NCBI RefSeq assembly: GCF_963506605.1
Contig: NC_083277.1
Span: forward strand, 17,980,001-18,044,000
Origin: Zootoca vivipara
Lineage: Eukaryota
Length of the DNA stretch: 64,000 nt
Direction of reading: 5' to 3'
Made by a program: the position numbers and the translations under genes. The notes below the pieces were generated by a model, which had not been told where the DNA came from, did not search any database, and saw only the letters and a program-made list of their open reading frames with translations. Positions 37,400 through 48,951 of this stretch are shown here, in pieces (position 1 is the stretch's first letter; the number at the start of each line of letters is the position of its first letter).

Positions 37400-38010
37400 C
37401 TAACTGAACCTTAATTAAGGCCTAGGGACAATTTTCCTAAAGGTGAAGAGGCCTGTCAAATTCTCCTTGGAGGCTTTAGACAGAAGGGTACCTGGGTGAC
37501 AAAAGCTCCGCTCCTGATTGGGATGTAACAAAATGAAAACACACCTTTTACTTTCTTCCACAACAAAGAGTGAACCAGGGGGGTCCATGTAAAGTTTTCA
37601 CAGTTAAGGCTGTAGATGTGTGCTAGAAAACAGTGTGTTTAAAGAGAGTCAAAGTTTCGGCAGCCTGAATTGCTTCTGCAAGGGCACTTTATGCAAGACT
37701 GTTGGTTTTGCAATTTAAAGTATTTTAATCTCTAAAAAGAAATCAAGAAAACTGTGATTTCTCCCAGCCCAGGCTGTGCATATTGGCAATACAAGTTTTG
37801 AGCAAGATGTAATTCAATGAGTAGAATCATCAAAGCATTAAATCAGTAAAATCATCAAAGCTAACAACTTAGGTATGTACTTTTATCTATTGTAGAAGTT
37901 ATTTATGATTTAGTATTCTGCACTACTGACTGATGATAACCTTGTTTGTTTGTTTGTTTTTGTTTGTTTGTTTTGTAAATTGCAAGTGAATCACAGCAGA
38001 CAAATGCAAT
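37400..38010 (+). promoter_or_regulatory. Candidate promoter plus 5'UTR exon of OR-5 (donor GT at 37873)
   Basis: Shares CCTTAATT..AGGG..CAATTTTCCTAAA, AATCAAGAAAA..TGTGATTT, AG|GTATGT and TTGCAAGTGAATC in the same order as the other two modules. Confidence 0.45.
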
Positions 38011-38810
38011 GGATACATTTGCTGAATTTAAAGCTATGACAAACTTAGTTGGTCTCTAAGGTGCTACTGGAAGGAATTTTTTAATTTTGTTATGGTTAAT
38101 CTTGTTCCCAGTCATGTCCTTCTTGCTTGATACTTTAAATGTAGGTGAGGGGAGTATATTCCTTCAAACTGGTTGGAGGATCTCAAATCTCAATGCAGCA
38201 CCAATTACATTTACATATTGCAGTGGTGTCTTTTATTTCATGTAACTAATATTTTCCCATTTCTAAGGTCCTGGTCCTATATATAGATTGTCAGTAAGAA
38301 AGCACATGAGTCAATACAGTGCAAGCTTTATAAAGACCCTGCAGCTGGTTAGTATAGCTAATTTGCAAAATAACCCCCGTGCTGTTTGTTTCCATTTCAT
38401 AAAGGACAGCAGATATTTCCCCTCCACTGCTTAAGCAAGCTAGAAACAGCATGAGCCTCAAACCAGAGAACTGCCTTTAGCATGGAAGGAAGTGGAGTGT
38501 TTGTGCAATAATGATAGCGCTATGAGAACTGGTTGGCTTTGGAGATCAGGAGCTTCTCCCAGCCCAGATCAGCTCGGGAAAGGCTGGGTCTCCCTCTGGG
38601 TGCTGGGAATACAGCAATCACATAAACTCCAAGTTCCTTGTTCCTCTCTGTCTTCTCCCATCAGGTCAATAAACTCCACGAAGGGCTCCTCTGAGATACC
38701 ATCCCAAATAGAATCAAATACTGATCGGAGTAATAGTGTAGAGACATCACCAAAGAGATGTGCTAAACATGTGTCTATCTGTGCCAATTCTGCAGTCAAG
38801 CTTTTAGGTA

Positions 38811-38947
38811 CAGGCTTGCTCAAACTCGGCCCTCCAGATGTTTTTTGGCCTACAACTCCCATGATCCCTAGCTAGCAGGACCAGTGGTCAGGGATGATGG
38901 GAATTGTAGTCTCAAAACATCTGGAGGGCAGAGTTTGAGGAAGCTTG
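38811..38947. mobile_element. hAT MITE (~136 bp, URR1-like)
   Basis: Same family as 52148-52283; internal inverted repeat CCCTCCAGATGTTTT/AAAACATCTGGAGGG. Confidence 0.8.
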
Positions 38948-39222
38948 TTTTAGTACATATTTCTGCTCCCAACTCCATATTCCCCTTCCCCATTATATGG
39001 CAGATCAGATACAGGGAAGCCAATATCCACCAGTGGATCCCTGTTGCTGGCATGATGTGCGAACATTGCATGGGGCATCATTAGTTTTAAAATGTTGGGT
39101 TTTGTTTTGTTTTGTTTCCCCACTGCTAAAATGCTGATGATCTGTAATATGGCACTGCACTGCATGACTTCCGCAACTTCGCTCTTTTTTTCTTAGATAA
39201 AATCCTGGCAAAAATAAGAACA

Positions 39223-40158
39223 ATGGGAGAGGAGAATACAACATCGTGGACGGAGTTTGTTCTCGTTGGGCTTCGGCATCAAAAATCACCCAACATTTTC
39301 CTCGGTCTGGTTCTCTTCATGTTTGTCATCGCCCTGCTTGGAAACAGCCTCCTGCTTTTCCTGATCAGGACGGACTCTGGTCTCCAGACCCCAATGTACT
39401 TCTTCCTCAGCCAGTTGTCTGTCATGGACCTCTGCCAGGTTCTCTCCATCGTTCCCAAAATGACCGTGAATTTCGTAACCCAGAGGTACACCATTTCACT
39501 CTACGGATGCGTCGTCCAGATTTTTGTCACACTGGCTGTGGGGGGATCAGAATGCCTCATCCTGGCTACCATGTCATATGACAGGTACGTGGCTATCTGC
39601 AGACCTTTGCAATACCAGGTTCTTATGAGGAGGAAAGTCTGTTACATCTTGTCAGCTTTCGTCTGGTTCTGGCCTTCTGTCCAGGCAATGACAAGTTCCC
39701 TGTATGTACTGCCTCTTCCCTACTGCAAGTCAAATGTAATTTACCATAACCTCTGTGAATATCCAGCCCTTATAAAGTTGTCCTGCTCAGACAATTCCAA
39801 ATATGAAATAGTAACCTTCCTTGGTACCTTCCTGATACTCCTGCTCCCTCTCTCAGTCATCCTCGCTTCCTACATTGCCATCCTCCTGCAAATCTTGAGG
39901 GCACGCTCCTCCGGAAGTGGCCACAAAGCCTTGGGGACATGCCTGTCCCATCTCTGTGTGGTGGGACTCTTCTATGGAGCGGCCATTTTAACATATATGA
40001 CCCCAGTATCCTCCTATTCAGCACAAAAGGCAATGATCAACTCGATATTTATTACCATCGTGCCTGCCATGATGAACCCTTTCATATACAGCCTAAGGAA
40101 TCGGGATGTCTTGTCAGCACTGAGGAAAATATTTGCAAAATCCACATTACATAAATAG
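39223..40158 (+). CDS. Olfactory receptor, class II; 'type B' paralogue of OR-2 (OR-5), intact
   Basis: MGEENTTSWTEF, LQTPMYFFL, MSYDRYVAICRPLQY, KALGTCLSHL, PAMMNPFIYSLRN; acceptor AG at 39195-39196. Confidence 0.95.
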   Translation: MGEENTTSWTEFVLVGLRHQKSPNIFLGLVLFMFVIALLGNSLLLFLIRTDSGLQTPMYFFLSQLSVMDLCQVLSIVPKMTVNFVTQRYTISLYGCVVQIFVTLAVGGSECLILATMSYDRYVAICRPLQYQVLMRRKVCYILSAFVWFWPSVQAMTSSLYVLPLPYCKSNVIYHNLCEYPALIKLSCSDNSKYEIVTFLGTFLILLLPLSVILASYIAILLQILRARSSGSGHKALGTCLSHLCVVGLFYGAAILTYMTPVSSYSAQKAMINSIFITIVPAMMNPFIYSLRNRDVLSALRKIFAKSTLHK

Positions 40159-40210
40159 CCTCCTGTGAAGGCAATTGAAGAGGGGGGAAATGGCGAGAAG
40201 GTATATCATA

Positions 40211-40562
40211 CAGTGATACCTCGGTTTAAGTACACAATTGGTTCCAGAAGTCTGTACTTAACCTGAAGCGTACTTAACCTGAAGCAAACTTTCCCATGGA
40301 AAGTAATGGAAAGTGGATTAATCTGTTCCAGACAGGTCCGCAGAGTACTCAGCCTAAGCGTACTTAACCCAAGGTATGGCTGTAATTGGTTTTGGAAGTC
40401 CGTACTTAACCTGAAGCGAACTTAACCTGAAGCAAACTTAACCTGAAGCAAACTTTCCCATTGAAAGTAATGGAAAGTGGATTGATCCGTTCCAGACAGG
40501 TCCACGGAGTACTTAAACTGAAAGTACTCAAACCGAAGCGTACTTAAACCGAGGTAGGACTG
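40211..40562 (+). mobile_element. Tigger-like MITE, 52 bp after OR-5 stop
   Basis: Same family as 4387/11362; TA flanks. Confidence 0.85.
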
Positions 40563-41359
40563 TATTTGGAATCCAGTGATAAATGCCCGACGCCTGTCCC
40601 TCTCTCTGTCAAGCCATGGCAAGAGCACATGGGACCTCAGGCATCTGCACAGGGTCTGTGTCCCTTTGGAGAACAGAAGAACTGGTGGAGGCCGCCGTGC
40701 TTTAAGAAATAGGGTTTATTTGCCTATTTACACCCTCAGTCTGCATGGAGGGAGTCCAGATCTTACAGCATGGCCATCCTTCTCCCTTGCCAAGATGGAT
40801 CTCAGCCTTTCTTCCTCTTTCTTCTTCCCCAAAACCCCTTGCCTTCTCCCAGAGCAGTAACCCTGGCAACCGTCCAAATCTCCAGTCTATGGTCACACCT
40901 GGTGCAAGAAGTTCCATGGTCTTGTTAAGGATAAGGACCACAATGGCTCTCTTAGGGAACTCAGCCACCCCAGTTCTGTAACAATATTGACTTATTTTAC
41001 CAGGGCTGCCATAAGGATTGCAGCGATAAAAGATGAGAAGTGCTTTAATCATTCTAAAGTGCTATATAAAAGCTGATGCTGAGGTCTTTGCTAATTTCCC
41101 TCTAGAACCCTGTGCACCAGCTCTCATGCAGCTCCAGAAGGTTCCTCAACCCTCCAGAGGATATTTTCGACTGGTTGTTAGGGGACAGCAGAGCGAAAGA
41201 GAAATCAGCAAGAGTCCTCTTCTGTTTCCCACTGTTTGGAGCCTCCTGTGAAAACCTCTTCCTACCTAGTCCATCACCCAATTCACTAAACCACACTGCC
41301 CACCACTAGCAGATGTGAAACTTGATGGACAGAATATCCTTGTGACCATGGGTGTTTTC

Positions 41360-41668
41360 TCACCCCCATCGTTCTTCCCGGACACTGAGGTCCAGCGCCG
41401 AGGGCCTTCTGGAGGTTCCCTCGTTGCGAGAAGCCAAGTTGCAGGGAACCAGGCAGAGGGCCTTCTTGGTGGTGGCGCCCGCCCTGTGGAATGCCCTCCC
41501 ATCAGATGTCAATGAAAAAAACAGCTACCAGATTTTTAGAAGACATCTGAAGGCAGCCCTGTTTAGGGAGGCTTTTAATGTTTAATAGATTATTTTATTT
41601 CATTTTTCTGTTGGAAGCCGCCCAGAGTGGCTGGGGAAACCCAGCCAGATGGGCAGGGTATTAATAAA

Positions 41669-41710
<42 letters not shown>
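41360..41710 (+). mobile_element. L2 LINE 3' fragment with (TTA)n tail
   Basis: RTLRSSAEGLL..RAFLVVAPALWNALP..FRRHLKAALF. Confidence 0.85.
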
Positions 41711-41712
<2 letters not shown>

Positions 41713-43173
41713 TCACATTACTCACACTTTGAATAAGGGGCAGAACAACCTCTCTTTTAAAGAAAAAGGTTCACTTTTGGAGGTGGAATTTTGCTTTTGG
41801 TTCTTAGGTTAAAGGGGAGAGAGGGGACTTTATTAGCAGATTTGGACACAACCAAGGGAAGAAGACTGGTTTGAAGTTGGCCTTGCCAGGTTCCTGTTAC
41901 CTACTAAAATCAAGTGGGCAGGATTGGAAAAGAGATCATTACATATCAGGATAGGTATATCCTTTAGGAATCATGTTGAATAGTATCTAACAGAAGATAC
42001 ATATTGAATTATTTTGTTTTTTGTTTTTGTTTTATCTTTTTCTTTCTTTTTCTTTGCTTGTCCTTTTTGTTTTCTTTTTCTTTCTATTTATAGATGTTGA
42101 GATGTATGATTCTAACTTTTATCTTATTTGATTTATAGAGCAGTTATCAATGTATGTATTTGTTAACTATGTATTTATTTGCATGTTTAGAAAACATAAA
42201 AAATAAAGGGATACAATGCATTACCAATGCAACAAGGAATTATTTGAAATAAAAATGCTGAATAAATATGTAGGAATTGCATTTCATTTTCATTGAAGGG
42301 AAGAAGATTTGCATGAAGTTCCTAAGTATGTTTGTTTAAGATATAAGTGGCCTTCCATATATTTTTGTCACAATGACCCTAAACCTCTTACTTTCCAATC
42401 TGTTTGTTGAAGCTGAAAGAAAAAGTATATTGTTTTAACAATTGCATCTTTCTCTGCATTTTTGAGAATGCTTATTTATTATTTCCATTTATAAGCTGCC
42501 TCTCATTCTGTAGGATCCTAAGGCACTAAATGTAGTGTACACCATAAAGGAATAAACAATTAATTAAATCATCATTTAATTCACATGGACTAATAAAAGT
42601 ATTGATAGCAACTTAGTGCAGCAGCAGGAAAAAAAGAATAGATGGACACAGTGCTTTTTTTTCTTTAAAAAAATGTTTAGGGGTACTCTCATTTTCCTGC
42701 TCATATTAAAATACTGCCCCTCAATGAGGCCAAACTTAAATTCACAAAATGTTTAAGGGTATGTGTACCCCTGCGTACCCCCGGAAAAACTATTCTATTT
42801 AGTCTTATTATAAAGTTATTGTAAGTTTAAGTTAAGTCTGCTGCAATTGGATTTTTTATTGGGCAGTGCCGATCCTGAATGTATTGGATTTCTGACCATT
42901 ATGCTCATTTGGCCTCAGTAGCAGTAAAGCTCTTCTGGATGAAATATAATTGCCTCTGGTCTATTTTTGGGGAAGCCTGCAATGTGTTTAAGTTTTTACT
43001 CTGCTAACTACAGTATACGTCAGAGTTCTGCTCTGGATCAATAAGAGTAGAATTTCAATGACAATCTAATGCCATGCCAACCCTGCTTGCCTCACTGCAG
43101 TCAACAAAATGTTGTGGCCTGTTTCCGCCCACATCTGTGTCCTATGTGTTATTTGTTCTCTACCTGACCTTGA

Positions 43174-44359
43174 ATAGAAGGGGAAGAAATGGAGGCAGTG
43201 AGAGATTTTACTTTCTTGGGCTCCTTGAGGAGGACCCAAGCAGAAGAGCAGAAAAGCACTCTCCCCTCTTGCAGTTTCCAGAAGCAGACAGCCAACCTTG
43301 GAGGGTTGTCGAGCAGGGGTAATCTTAAATACTGTATGGGTATTGTGTTGTGTGCTATGAACTGGACACTAAGGGCCATGTGAAGATCTTGTTCTTAGAT
43401 TTATCTAAGATAAATGAAGTCTAAATTTAATCGAGCACTGTACGTGGGAATATACACCAGCTTTCCTGCAGACAAGTTAAGGCAAGAACCTCAAAATGCA
43501 ATTTGCATATTTGTTTTTAAAATAAAAAATTATTTATGATTTTCAATTTTATACATTTCAATAATTTTACAATCATTTAAACATTTCGAAACTTGACTTC
43601 CTTCTCCCTCTTTCTGTGGTTCCTTAAATTTATTTTTTATATTTTCTGCATATTCCAAATTAACTTACTCTGCATATTCCAAATGAACTCATTGCTCAAC
43701 ATAAAAAAAAAACCCATTACCTCCTGGCAAATAGAAGGGGAAGAAATGGAGGCAGTGAGAGATTTTACTTTCTTGGGCTCCTTGATCACTGCAGATGGTG
43801 ACAGCAGTCACGAAATTAAAAGACGCCTGCTTCTTGGGAGAAAAGCAATGACAAACCTAGACAGCATCTTAAATAGCAGAGACATCACCTTGCCGACAAA
43901 GGTCCGTATAGTTAAAGCTATGGTTTTCCCAGTAGTGATGTATGGAAGTGAGAGCTGGACCATAAAGAAGGCTGATCGCCGAAGAATTGATGCTTTTGAA
44001 TTTTGGTGCTGGAGGAGACTCTTGAGAGTCCCATGGACTGCAAGAAGATCAAACCTATCCATTCTTAAGGAAATCAGCCCTGAGTGCTCCCTGGAAGGAC
44101 AGATCGTGAAGCTGAGGCTCCAATACTTTGGCCACCTCATGAGAAGAGAAGAATCGTTGGAAAAGACCCTGATGTTGGGAAAGATTGAGGGCACTAGGAG
44201 AAGGGGACGTCAGAGGACAAGATGGTTGGACAGTGTTCTCGAAGCCACCAACATGAGTCTGACCAAACGGCGGGAGGCAGTGGAAGACAGGAGTGCCTGG
44301 TGTGCTATGGTCCATGGGGTCATGAAGAGTCAGACACGACTAAACGACAAAACAACAAC
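43174..44359 (+). mobile_element. Chimeric BovB insertion carrying a copy of 27806-28248
   Basis: TSD ACCTGACCTTGA (43162-43173, 44360-44371); BovB 43174-43228 and ~43695-44359. Confidence 0.9.
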
Positions 44360-44757
44360 ACCTGACCTTGAGGAGGGAGTAACCTCAATGCGCCCACCAT
44401 ACAAACACCATTGACCAGCTGGCTACCAGGCCAACTACTATGGGCATAGCCAGGATTTATGTTGGGGAGGCAAGACAGAGCTACCTGCAATTGCGATTGG
44501 TCAGTTCATGGAAGCCACACCTATCGTTTCCTCGGGTTCTCAGCTGCGGCGCTAGAATTGCGCAGCAACCTCATCCAAGTGACTTCAGCGAGCATTTCAA
44601 TTTCAAATATTCTGATTGTTTCTACTTTTAGCTAAGTATTATTATTTTTTATTTACGCGCATGGCAATTACTACAACCTCCCATACTTGCCAAAACAAAC
44701 AGCGAACAGCACAGGGAAACCTTAGGTTGCGGGGTTGGCAGAAGGAAAAGTCTAGAG

Positions 44758-45080
44758 CAGGGGTCCCCAAACTAAGGCCCGGGGGCCGGATACGGCCCAA
44801 TCGCCTTCTAAATCCGACCCGTGGACGGTCTGGGAATCAACATGTTTCTCATGAGTAGAATGTGTTTTTTTTATTTAAAATGCATCTCTGGGTTATTTGT
44901 GGGGCCTGCCTGGTGTTTTTACATGAGTAGAATGTGTCCTTTTGTTTAAAATGCATCTCTGGGTTATCTGTGGGGCATAGGAATTCGTTCATATTTTTTT
45001 TTCAAAATATAGTCCGGCCCCCCACAAGGTCTGAGGGACAGTGGACTGGCCACCCTGCTGAAAAAGTTTGCTGACCCCTG
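44758..45080 (-). mobile_element. hAT (Charlie-like) MITE
   Basis: TIRs CAGGGGTC..AAACT; TSD GTCTAGAG/GTCTATAG. Confidence 0.9.
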
Positions 45081-45130
45081 GTCTATAGCAAAAGCTCATC
45101 CAAAGGAAAAAGCATTTCGTCGTCATTTGT

Positions 45131-45144
45131 CCACTAGAGGGCTC
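45131..45144 (+). promoter_or_regulatory. CTCF-like motif
   Basis: CCACTAGAGGGCTC matches CTCF core CCASYAGRKGGC. Confidence 0.45.
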
Positions 45145-45407
45145 CGGGTTTTGCTAGGTCGGAGATAGGATGATGATAATACCAGTAATAATCAAGAAAG
45201 ATTTTGGGTTGGGGGGAGGGCAGAGAAATAAAAAGAGTACTTATTCAGTTTATTTTCAAAGGAACTCTTCCATTGTCTTCTTGTTCCACCCAGCAAATGC
45301 CTCTGCAAATTGAATTTTTTCCCCCTGCACTTGACAGAACTCTAACAGAATTAAAATAAAAAAATTCCTTCAGTAGCACCTTAAAGACCAACTAAGTTTT
45401 TATTTTG

Positions 45408-45445
45408 GTATGAGCTTTCATGTGCATGCACACTTCTTCAGATAC
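45408..45445 (-). ncRNA. Minimal type I hammerhead ribozyme motif in Penelope terminal repeat
   Basis: GTAT-CTGAAGA-AGTGTGCATGCACAT-GAAA-GCTC-ATAC: core CUGANGA/GAAA, stem II hairpin, palindromic AGCT stem III, GTAT/ATAC stem I. Confidence 0.7.
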
Positions 45446-46574
45446 AGTGAAATGGAAGTTTCCAGGCACTTATGTAGAGAAGGGGTGGGGAGGGGTGGGG
45501 ATGGGGAGGGGGGATCACTCAGAAGGGTGGTGGAAATGGGTGATTGACTGACTGATAGCTGTTGATGACCGCAAACGACTGCAAATGGTTTTGCATGAAA
45601 AAGCAAGGGTTGAGATGGCTGAAGATCGCTTATCATGTATAATGAGATAAGAACCCGATATCTCTGTTCAAACCAGGTCCCTCCATGGTTTTGAGCTTGG
45701 TGATAAGTTGCAATTCAGCAACTTCTCTTTCCAGTCTATTTCTGAAATTCTTTTGTAGTAAGACAGCTACTTTGAGATCTTGTATAGAATGTCCTGGGAG
45801 ATTGAAGTGTTCTCCTACTGGTTTTTCTGTCTTCTGGTTCCTGATGTCAGATTTATGTCCATTTATCCTTTGGCGTAGGGTTTGGCCTGTTTGTCCAATA
45901 TAGAGAGCTGAAGGGCACTGTTGGCATTTGATGGCATACACAATGTTAGAGGATGAGCAATTAAATAGTCCTGAGATGGTATGTTGGATGTTGTTGGGGC
46001 CAGTAATGGTGTTGTCTGGGTGTATGTGGCAGCAAAGTTGGCATCTGGGTTTATTGCAGGCTCTGGTACCAGTGTCCATGTTAAGTCTGGTGGTTGTATT
46101 ATTGTGGGTGAGGAGTTGTTTAAGATTGGGTGGCTGTCTGTAGGCAATGAAAGGTCTTCCTCCCAGAGCTTGAGAAAGGGAGCGGTCATTGTCCAGGAGA
46201 GGCTGTAGATCTCTGATGATGCGTTGTACTGTTTTAGCTTGGGAGCTGTATGTGATGACTAGTGGTGTTCTGTTATTTTCTTTTTTGGGTCTGTCTTGCA
46301 GCAGGTTCTCTCTAGGTATCTGTCTGGCTCTGTTGATCTGTTGTTTAACTTCATCAGGTGGATATTTTAGTTCTAAAAAGGTTTGCTGTAGATCTCTTAG
46401 GTGAGATTCTCTGTCTGTAGAGTTGGAACAGATGCGGTTGTAACGTAAGGCCTGGCTGTATACGATGGATTGTTTGGTATGTTTGGGATGGTAGCTAGAA
46501 GCATGTAGATATGTTTGTCGGTCAGTTGGTTTTCTGTATAAGGTGGTGTCTATACGTCCATCCTGTATTTTTAT

Positions 46575-47968
46575 TGTTGTTTAGTCGTTTAGTCGTGTCC
46601 GACTCTTCGTGACCCCATGGACCATAGCACGCCAGGCACTCCTGTCTTGCACTGCCTCCCGCAGTTTGGTCAAACTCATGTTCGTAGCTTCGAGAACACT
46701 ATCCAACCATCTTGTCCTCTGTCGTCCCCTTCTCCTAGTGCCCTCAATCTTTCCCAACATCAGGGTCTTTTCCAAGGATTCTTCTCTTCTCATGAGGTGG
46801 CCAAAGTATTGGAGCCTCAGCTTCACGATCCGTCCTTCCAGGGAGCACTCAGGGCTGATTTCCTTAAGAATGGATAGGTTTGATCTTCTTGCAGTCCATG
46901 GGACTCTCAAGAGTCTCCTCCAGCACCATAATTCAAAAGCATCAATTCTTCGGCGATCAGCCTTCTTTATGGTCCAACTCTCACTTCCATACATCACTAC
47001 TGGGAAAACCATAGCTTTAACTATACGGACCTTTGTCGGCAAGGTGATGTCTCTGCTTTTTAAGATGCTGTCTAGGTTTGTCATTGCTTTTCTCCCAAGA
47101 AGCAGGCGTCTTTTAATTTCGTGACTGCTGTCACCATCTGCAGTGATCAAGGAGCCCAAGAAAGTAAAATCTCTCACTGCCTCCATTTCTTCCCCTTCTA
47201 TTTGCCAGGAGGTGATGGGACCAGTGGCCATGATCTTGGTTTTTTTGATGTTGAGCTTCAGACCATATTTTGCGCTCTCCTCTTTCACCCTCATTAAAAG
47301 GTTCTTTAATTCCTCCTCGCTTTCTGCCATCAAGGTTGTGTCATCTGCATATCTGAGGTTGTTGATATTTCTTCCAGCAATCTTAATTCCGGCTTGGGAT
47401 TCATCTAGTCCAGCCTTTCGCATGATGAATTCTGCATATAAGTTAAATAAGCAGGGAGACAATATACAACCTTGTCGTACTCCTTTCCCAATTTTGAACC
47501 AATCAGTTGTTCCATATCCAGTTCTAACTGTAGCTTCTTGTCCCACATAGAGATTTCTCAGGAGACAGATGAGGTGATCAGGCACTCCCATTTCTTTAAG
47601 AACTTGCCATAGTTTGCTGTGGTCGACACAGTCAAAGGCTTTTGCATAGTCAATGAAGCAGAAGTAGACGTTTTTCTGGAACTCTCTAGCTTTCTCCATA
47701 ATCCAGCGCATGTTTGCTATTTGGTCTCTGGTTCCTCTGCCCTTTCGAAATCCAGCTTGCACTTCTGGGAGTTCTCGGTCCACATACTGCCTAAGCCTGC
47801 CTTGTAGAATTTTAAGCATAACCTTGCTAGCGTGTGAAATGAGCGCAATTGTGCGGTAGTTGGAGCATTCTTTGGCACTGCCCTTCTTTGGAATTGGGAT
47901 GTAGACTGATCTTCTCCAATCCTCTGGCCATTGCTGAGTTTTCCAAACTTGCTGGCATATTGGGTGTA
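46575..47968 (-). mobile_element. BovB (RTE-clade LINE), 5'-truncated, open RT frame, nested in Penelope
   Basis: WPEDWRRSVYIPIPKKG, FIDYAKAFD, GVRQGCILSP, LRYADD; (CAA)n tail; 10-bp TSD GTATTTTTAT at 46565-46574 and 47969-47978. Confidence 0.95.
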
Positions 47969-48951
47969 GTATTTTTATAGTAGTGTCCAAAAAATGTATT
48001 TCTTGCATAGATTGGTTCATTGTTAGGTTGATGGTGGGGTGAAAGTCATTGAATGTCTGGTGGAAGGTTTCCAGGGTCTGTTGTCCATGTGTCCAGATAA
48101 TAAAAATATCGTCAATGTATCGCAGGTACAGGAGAGGTTTGAGTGGGTAGGAGTTAAGGAAACGTTGTTCTAAATCTGCCATGAAGATGTTGGCATACTG
48201 TGGGGCCATGCGGGTGCCCATGGCTGTGCCGCTGATCTGGAGGAACAGGTCATCACCAAATTTGAAGTGGTTGTGGGTAAGGACAAAGTGGCAGAGTTTG
48301 GTAGCAAAGTCCGCTGTGGTTTTATCTGAAATGGTGTTCCTTATGGCTTGTAAACCATCATTGTGTGGGATGTTGGTATATAGAGATTCCACATCCATAG
48401 TGGCTAGTATAGTATTGTTAGGAAGATTGTTCAAATATCTAACAGAATTGACAGTGAAATCCCGTGCGAACATTCCCGGGGAGTGAGTTTCATTGAACTC
48501 AATGATACTTACTTCCGAGTAGACATGCACAGCTCAATATGAAGCTTAAAATCTGCAAATGCAAATCTTCCCACACACTTACCAGACTCACACACGCAGC
48601 CTGATCAAGCACCACGTGGCACTCAAAAGCTCGCACGGAGTATCTTCAAGAGCAAATTGCCTTTAAAAGAATAAATGATTTTAGAACACCTCCCTCCTCT
48701 CGGGAGTTCTGCACTGAATCTGAAGAACAGGGCGCTGCACCGCAACCCCGATGCACAGCGAGGTCGATGCGTGTGTGCGAGCGCCTTGCCGCTTTGACAG
48801 AAGGAAGGCGGCTGGCGCTTCTCTGCCTCTGCAAAAGATCGGCATAAAACGCAAAGGAAATACCTGGAAACTAAATGCGGATGGAGGCACGTATACCCGT
48901 GAATTAGCATACTGCTAATTAGGATTCAGCTAGGAAGCTACAAGCGTCAGT

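Larger units (their letters stand above)
45353..48437 (-). mobile_element. Penelope-like retroelement, 5'-truncated, interrupted by BovB
   Basis: RT motifs DVESLYTNIP, GTAMGTRMAPQYANIFM, RYIDDIF; thumb LYRKPTD; GIY-YIG region NIVYAIKC..LYIGQT; 12-bp TSD TCTAACAGAATT at 45341-45352 and 48438-48449. Confidence 0.92.

Noticed and set aside
27806-43668. Inverted repeat pair as breakpoints of an inversion explaining OR orientations
   Set aside because: The right copy lies inside an intact BovB TSD pair and the interval contains ORs of both orientations
43593-44414. 273-aa ORF as a novel gene
   Set aside because: BovB C-terminus preceded by chance-open captured AT-rich DNA, non-ATG start
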